A DNA stretch of 64,000 nucleotides from Zygnema circumcarinatum SAG 698-1b (lineage: Eukaryota; Plantae; Zygnematophyceae): the NCBI GenBank assembly GCA_037447605.1, contig CM074804.1:2542001-2606000 (forward strand), in the 5' to 3' direction. The position numbers and the translations under genes were made by a program. How positions within the stretch are numbered: position 1 is the stretch's first letter; each line of letters starts with the position of its first letter. The notes beneath the pieces are model-generated. The model saw only the letters and a program-made list of their open reading frames with translations. It was not told where the DNA came from and did no database searches. Shown here in pieces: positions 59,941-64,000 of this stretch.

Positions 59941-62820
59941 CTAACCGTTCCTGAACGAGTCCATCGTGTCTAACAGCGGCTGGTTGAGAGTTTCCGGCAG
60001 GACCAGCCCCAGCGCCCCCACCAATACCCCCATTGTACCCATCACAGCAAATGGCAGAAAGGGCACCGACCGCCCCAACGCCACAATCATGGGCGCCGCC
60101 ATTCCCCCAACTTGCGCCGCCTGCGTGGTCAGCGCCATCGCCACGTTCCGTACAACGGTCGGAAAAAGCTCCGCCGTGTACACGTACGCGCTTCCATACG
60201 CCGCCGAAATTGTGAATTTCCCAACGGTGGCCAGAACTAGCCTCACATATATCCGGGCCGCCATGTCCGTACCGAAAACTTTGAAAGTCGAACTCGCGGT
60301 TTCTGTCGGCTTCGGAGACCCGACGGCAGCCTCGCCGCTGAACCCTGAAAAGCAGCTGACGTGGCTGCTCGAGGGTTTAAGAGTCGCGGATAAGTCGGGG
60401 GGGCCTATTACGGCGACGCAAAGACATAGAACGCCGCTGATTATGAGCATGGAAACCACAAATATGCGTCGGCCGATGCGTTCCAAGAAGATGGAGGCCG
60501 AGTAGGCGGCCGGGACCTCCATGAAACCACTCGCAAAAGTTGCCGCGTAGATGTCGGCGCCGAGATTCGCGGCGCTGAGACTGAGGCCGTAGTACACCGT
60601 CGCGGTCGTCAGCCAAAACGCGATCATGATCAAAATCCGCTTTCGGGTTTCGCCGAATTGGAAAATTTCCAGCGATCCCATAGCCGGTTTTTGGGCTCCT
60701 TCCGTCAAACCGCCGTCACCTAGCTCCGAAACAACGGCATGGAACGCCTCGTCGTTCCGTTTTACGGATTCCTCCTCATCACTCGCATGCGAATCGCGCG
60801 GAAGGATCGGTCGAACCCTCATGGGTGGGCGACCCTCGTTTCCGTGTCCGTTTTGTTCTCCGTTCAACTCATTCCTCTCCGTTACAAGAACTATGTTGTT
60901 CGGCAATTGTCGGCCGTTTCCATGTGCGAATTTCCGTAGAACTGCCATGGCTTCCTCCGTTCGACCCTGGACGAGAAGCCAACGGGGCGACTCTTTCGCA
61001 CACAGGACGACCGTAATACAAAAAAATAGAATGGGAATCGTTGAAGCAAGATAGAGGGGGCGCCAATTTCGAATGAAGTACGCCAAAATTGGGAGTAACA
61101 TTACTCCTACTCCGAAAAACACGCTCGAATAAATCGAAATTATTGCTCTCCATTTTGGGCCAATGGGTTCGGTCCCCAACACGAAGGCGGTAAGGCCGAT
61201 TCCCGAACAACCGAAACCAGTACCCGCACGGAGAAGAGCATAAACCCAAAAATTTGGGGATAAGCTTGTAAGGAATCCAAATACCATTGTAATCGTACAG
61301 GAAATTAAGAGAGTCCGTTTACGCCCCAAATATCCGTCGGATAAAGCTCCAAACAAGGAGGCACCTGCAAGAGGGTACATGCGCAAAATATCGTAAAAAA
61401 TGGCCACCATCGTACGATGCATGGGACAAGCTTGCAACGGAAGAGAGGATGTAAGGCGTCAAGAAAGTTAGGGCTTAAGGCTAACCGGAGTTTCAGGCTG
61501 CGGACTATTCAGGGTTTTAGGGTTCAGGCTTCAAGAAAGCCAAGGTTTCAGAATCGCAGGCTGAGAGTCCTGTAGGGTTTAGGGTACTCGATCTTTAGTC
61601 GGTTCAAGAAAATTTACGGGTTTTTGCCTTATAGCTTCGAGAATGTCAGAAAACTTGCAATAAGCTCACAAAACATTCAGGGTTTCAGGCTGTAAGGCTG
61701 CAGGGGACACACACTAAGGGTTTAGGGTTTTGGAGTAGCAGGGCTCAAGTCCGCCGCTTACTCAGAAGGTACCCGAGAAAGAAGGAGGACCCCGCCAGCC
61801 CCGCCTTCCAAGCCTCGCCGCACGTGAGACCGAACGTCGCCACCGTGGAAGCGCCTCCGCCCTCCGCCCACTCCCACTGCGCGGGAGAGAGATCGCACAA
61901 ACTCGCGGAGGGAGGGCACGCCGAGATACAGCGCCACTCGGGCTCGCGATCTGCAAGGGTTTAGGGGTTCAGGGTTTAAGGTTTAGGGATTAGGGTTTAA
62001 AATTCAAGGGATTTAAGGGTTAAGGTTTTGGCTTCAGGGTTAGGAGTCAGGATTCAAGGGTGAAGGGTTAAGGTTTGGGGATTAGGGTTTAGGTTTTAGG
62101 TTAAGGGTTTATAAATCAAGGGTTGAGGGCTAGGAATTGGGGATTAGGGTCTAAGGTTCAGGATTCAAGGGTCGAACGATTAGGATTTGGGATTTTTGGG
62201 GTTTAGGGTGTAGGGTCAGGATTGAAGGGTTGAAAGGTTGAAGGGTTTGGGGTTGGGCTTTGTGAGGTTTATTGTTTAGGGTTCAGGATTCAAGGGTTTA
62301 AGGGTTAGGGTTGGGGTTTAGGGTTAAGGCGTAAGCGTTCTAAGGTTTTAGGTTTCAGGGTGGTTCATTAAAGGTTTAGGGATTAGCACCAGAGTGCAAG
62401 ATTTAGAGTTTCTAGGTCAGGGTTTACAGTTTATGGCTCCATGACAGAGTTCAGGGTTTAAGGTGTCAGAGTTTCGAGAGGGTCTATGCCTGGGTTTTGG
62501 TTTAAGATTTAAGGGTAGGGGTCAAGAAATAGAGTTATGTAGAAAGCGCTGAATTCCGGCAATTTCTGACCGGCAAAAATCATGATCAGGGTTTGAAAGG
62601 CCTCCAATATCCACGCCAGCCCCAGAGAGTAAAAGTGCAGCGCCTGCGACGGCCCAAAATCGCCCACGTAGCGCTGCAGCACCTCGTCCACCGTCAACTC
62701 CTCGGCCAATCGCGTGCTGCCACGTGGCGCCTCCCCTTCACCTTCCTGGAAGCTGCGGTGCTCCCCCTCCTGACCGCCCGCCGCGAGGAGCGGCTCGCGG
62801 AGAGCGAGAGAGGCTGACAT
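59941..62820 (-). CDS. Organic cation/carnitine transporter (MFS, OCT/SLC22-like), 3 exons, ~620 aa
   Basis: Exons 62820-62571, 61950-61762, 61364-59941. LTVDEVLQRYVGDFG, EPEWRC...CDL...WEW...STVATFGLTC, LSDGYLGRK, ESPRWL, VYYGLSL, YVYTAELFPTVVRN, PET. Confidence 0.95.
61957..62515 (+). repeat. Interstitial degenerate telomere-like (TTTAGGG) array filling OCT intron 1
   Basis: GGTTTAGGGG, TTTAGGGATTAGGG, TTAAGGG and TTCAGG variants over ~550 bp. Confidence 0.9.
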
Positions 62821-64000
62821 GGCGGCCAGGACGAATCAAGAGAGGCCACGTGGCAGAGTTGCCGGTCGCGGCGCGCCACGTGGCAGCACACGTGGCTCGG
62901 ACTCTGGGCTGCGAGCCGTCCCAAGCAACACACACCCCCCCTCCCCATCCCCGAGCCTCGTCCCGGGGGGGGGCTTGGCGGACAGGACGCGTCTTGTCAA
63001 CTACGGTGCGGCCCATGTACACATGGCAGTGGGATGTGTTGCCGCGTGGCAGTCATCGCGACCAGTAGCCCAACGCCACGTGGTGGGGTACCCTCACCGC
63101 AGCCGGGCGGGGCACGGACCGTACGGCCGGGCCTGGGCGGGCGGCGGGCGGAGGGCGGCCTGTCGCCAGCCGGCGGGCCCCGCGAGAGAAGACGACGGCA
63201 GAGTGTTGTGTTCCATGGAGCGCGCAGTTAACGCTTTAGCGAAATCTAATGAATTCACTGAACACGGAGTACATCGGCACAGTTTACTGAGCGTAGATAT
63301 CGCCGTATGAATTCTTTCATCTGGAAGGGGAACAAATGTTCGACAAAGTACAGGAGAAAGCAGGTGCGAGTATGTGCATGAGACCGACGTAAACCCTAAG
63401 CCATGAACGTTAAATACTGAACCCTCCTTCCTGAAACGCCAGTACGCTCAAACCCCTAAAGAAACGACCATTTGAAGGACCTTCACAAAAATAAAGGAAG
63501 AAAAGGACAAACGGCCATGCTGTGAAGGGGAGGCACATTTCCCCATGGAAATATTTTTAGGTTTTTTAGGGTGGGATTTTAGGCAATTTTAGGCACTACG
63601 GCAAAACGGAGGACGGCTCGAAACATGGACATGCAAATGGACATTGAAATGGACACTGTCAAGTCACGATCCAAACTCCAGAAAAGGTCCATGACAAGAC
63701 CAGAGACCAGAATCCTAGTTTGCAAAACCAAAACTAGTTTGCAAGCTAAAATTGGACCGAAGTTCAAACCGGAACTTCGGAGCCCAGTATTGGGCGGCTC
63801 CGCAGGGCAGGCTGCTGCGATTCTCACAACTCTGCAAGTTCTGGCGGATGCACCCCAACATAACCGCATGGAGAAACCATCCTGAACGAGTGGCTCCAAA
63901 GTCCAAAGTCATCCGAATCGGGTTTTGAAAGGTGTGAAAAAATACAACTCTAAAAGTGCAGTAAGGATGAAGGCGAGCAGCATATGCAGTCGACTGACAC

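Noticed and set aside
59966-60505. 179-aa plus-strand ORF and other ORFs overlapping OCT exon 3
   Set aside because: Antisense shadows of a real coding exon.
63200-63900. Short ORFs MERAVNALAK... and MDMQMDIEMD...
   Set aside because: No recognisable domain or splice support within the window; may belong to a gene beyond the window edge.

Overview
Intron-rich eukaryotic nuclear DNA of the green plant lineage, most plausibly a streptophyte alga (inferred from the land-plant-type gene families, telomere-type TTTAGGG/AAACCCT motifs and GA/CT microsatellite-filled introns). I spliced ten protein-coding genes by hand from GT-AG junctions: a conserved ~98-aa membrane microprotein (+), a plant-specific uncharacterised protein (-), a Maf nucleotide pyrophosphatase (-) head-to-head with an EttA/ChvD-type ABC-F ATPase carrying a probable plastid transit peptide (+), a GT61-type glycosyltransferase (-) head-to-head with APE1L (+), an O-fucosyltransferase-family protein (+), a ~1,600-aa protein with a REDIC1/C12orf40-like N-terminus (+), a GT34 glycosyltransferase with altered catalytic residues (-), TON2/FASS (+) and an OCT/SLC22 transporter (-). 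Most long ORFs in the supplied track are artefacts of simple repeats. The most interesting points are the REDIC1-like gene, the EttA gene, the catalytically altered GT34, a palindromic-unit intronic repeat family, CGTAC-motif clusters at almost every 5' intergenic region, and telomere-like repeats near splice acceptors. Seven 10-N gaps limit certainty, and one probably hides an APE1L exon. All family assignments rest on motifs recalled from memory; no database search was run.
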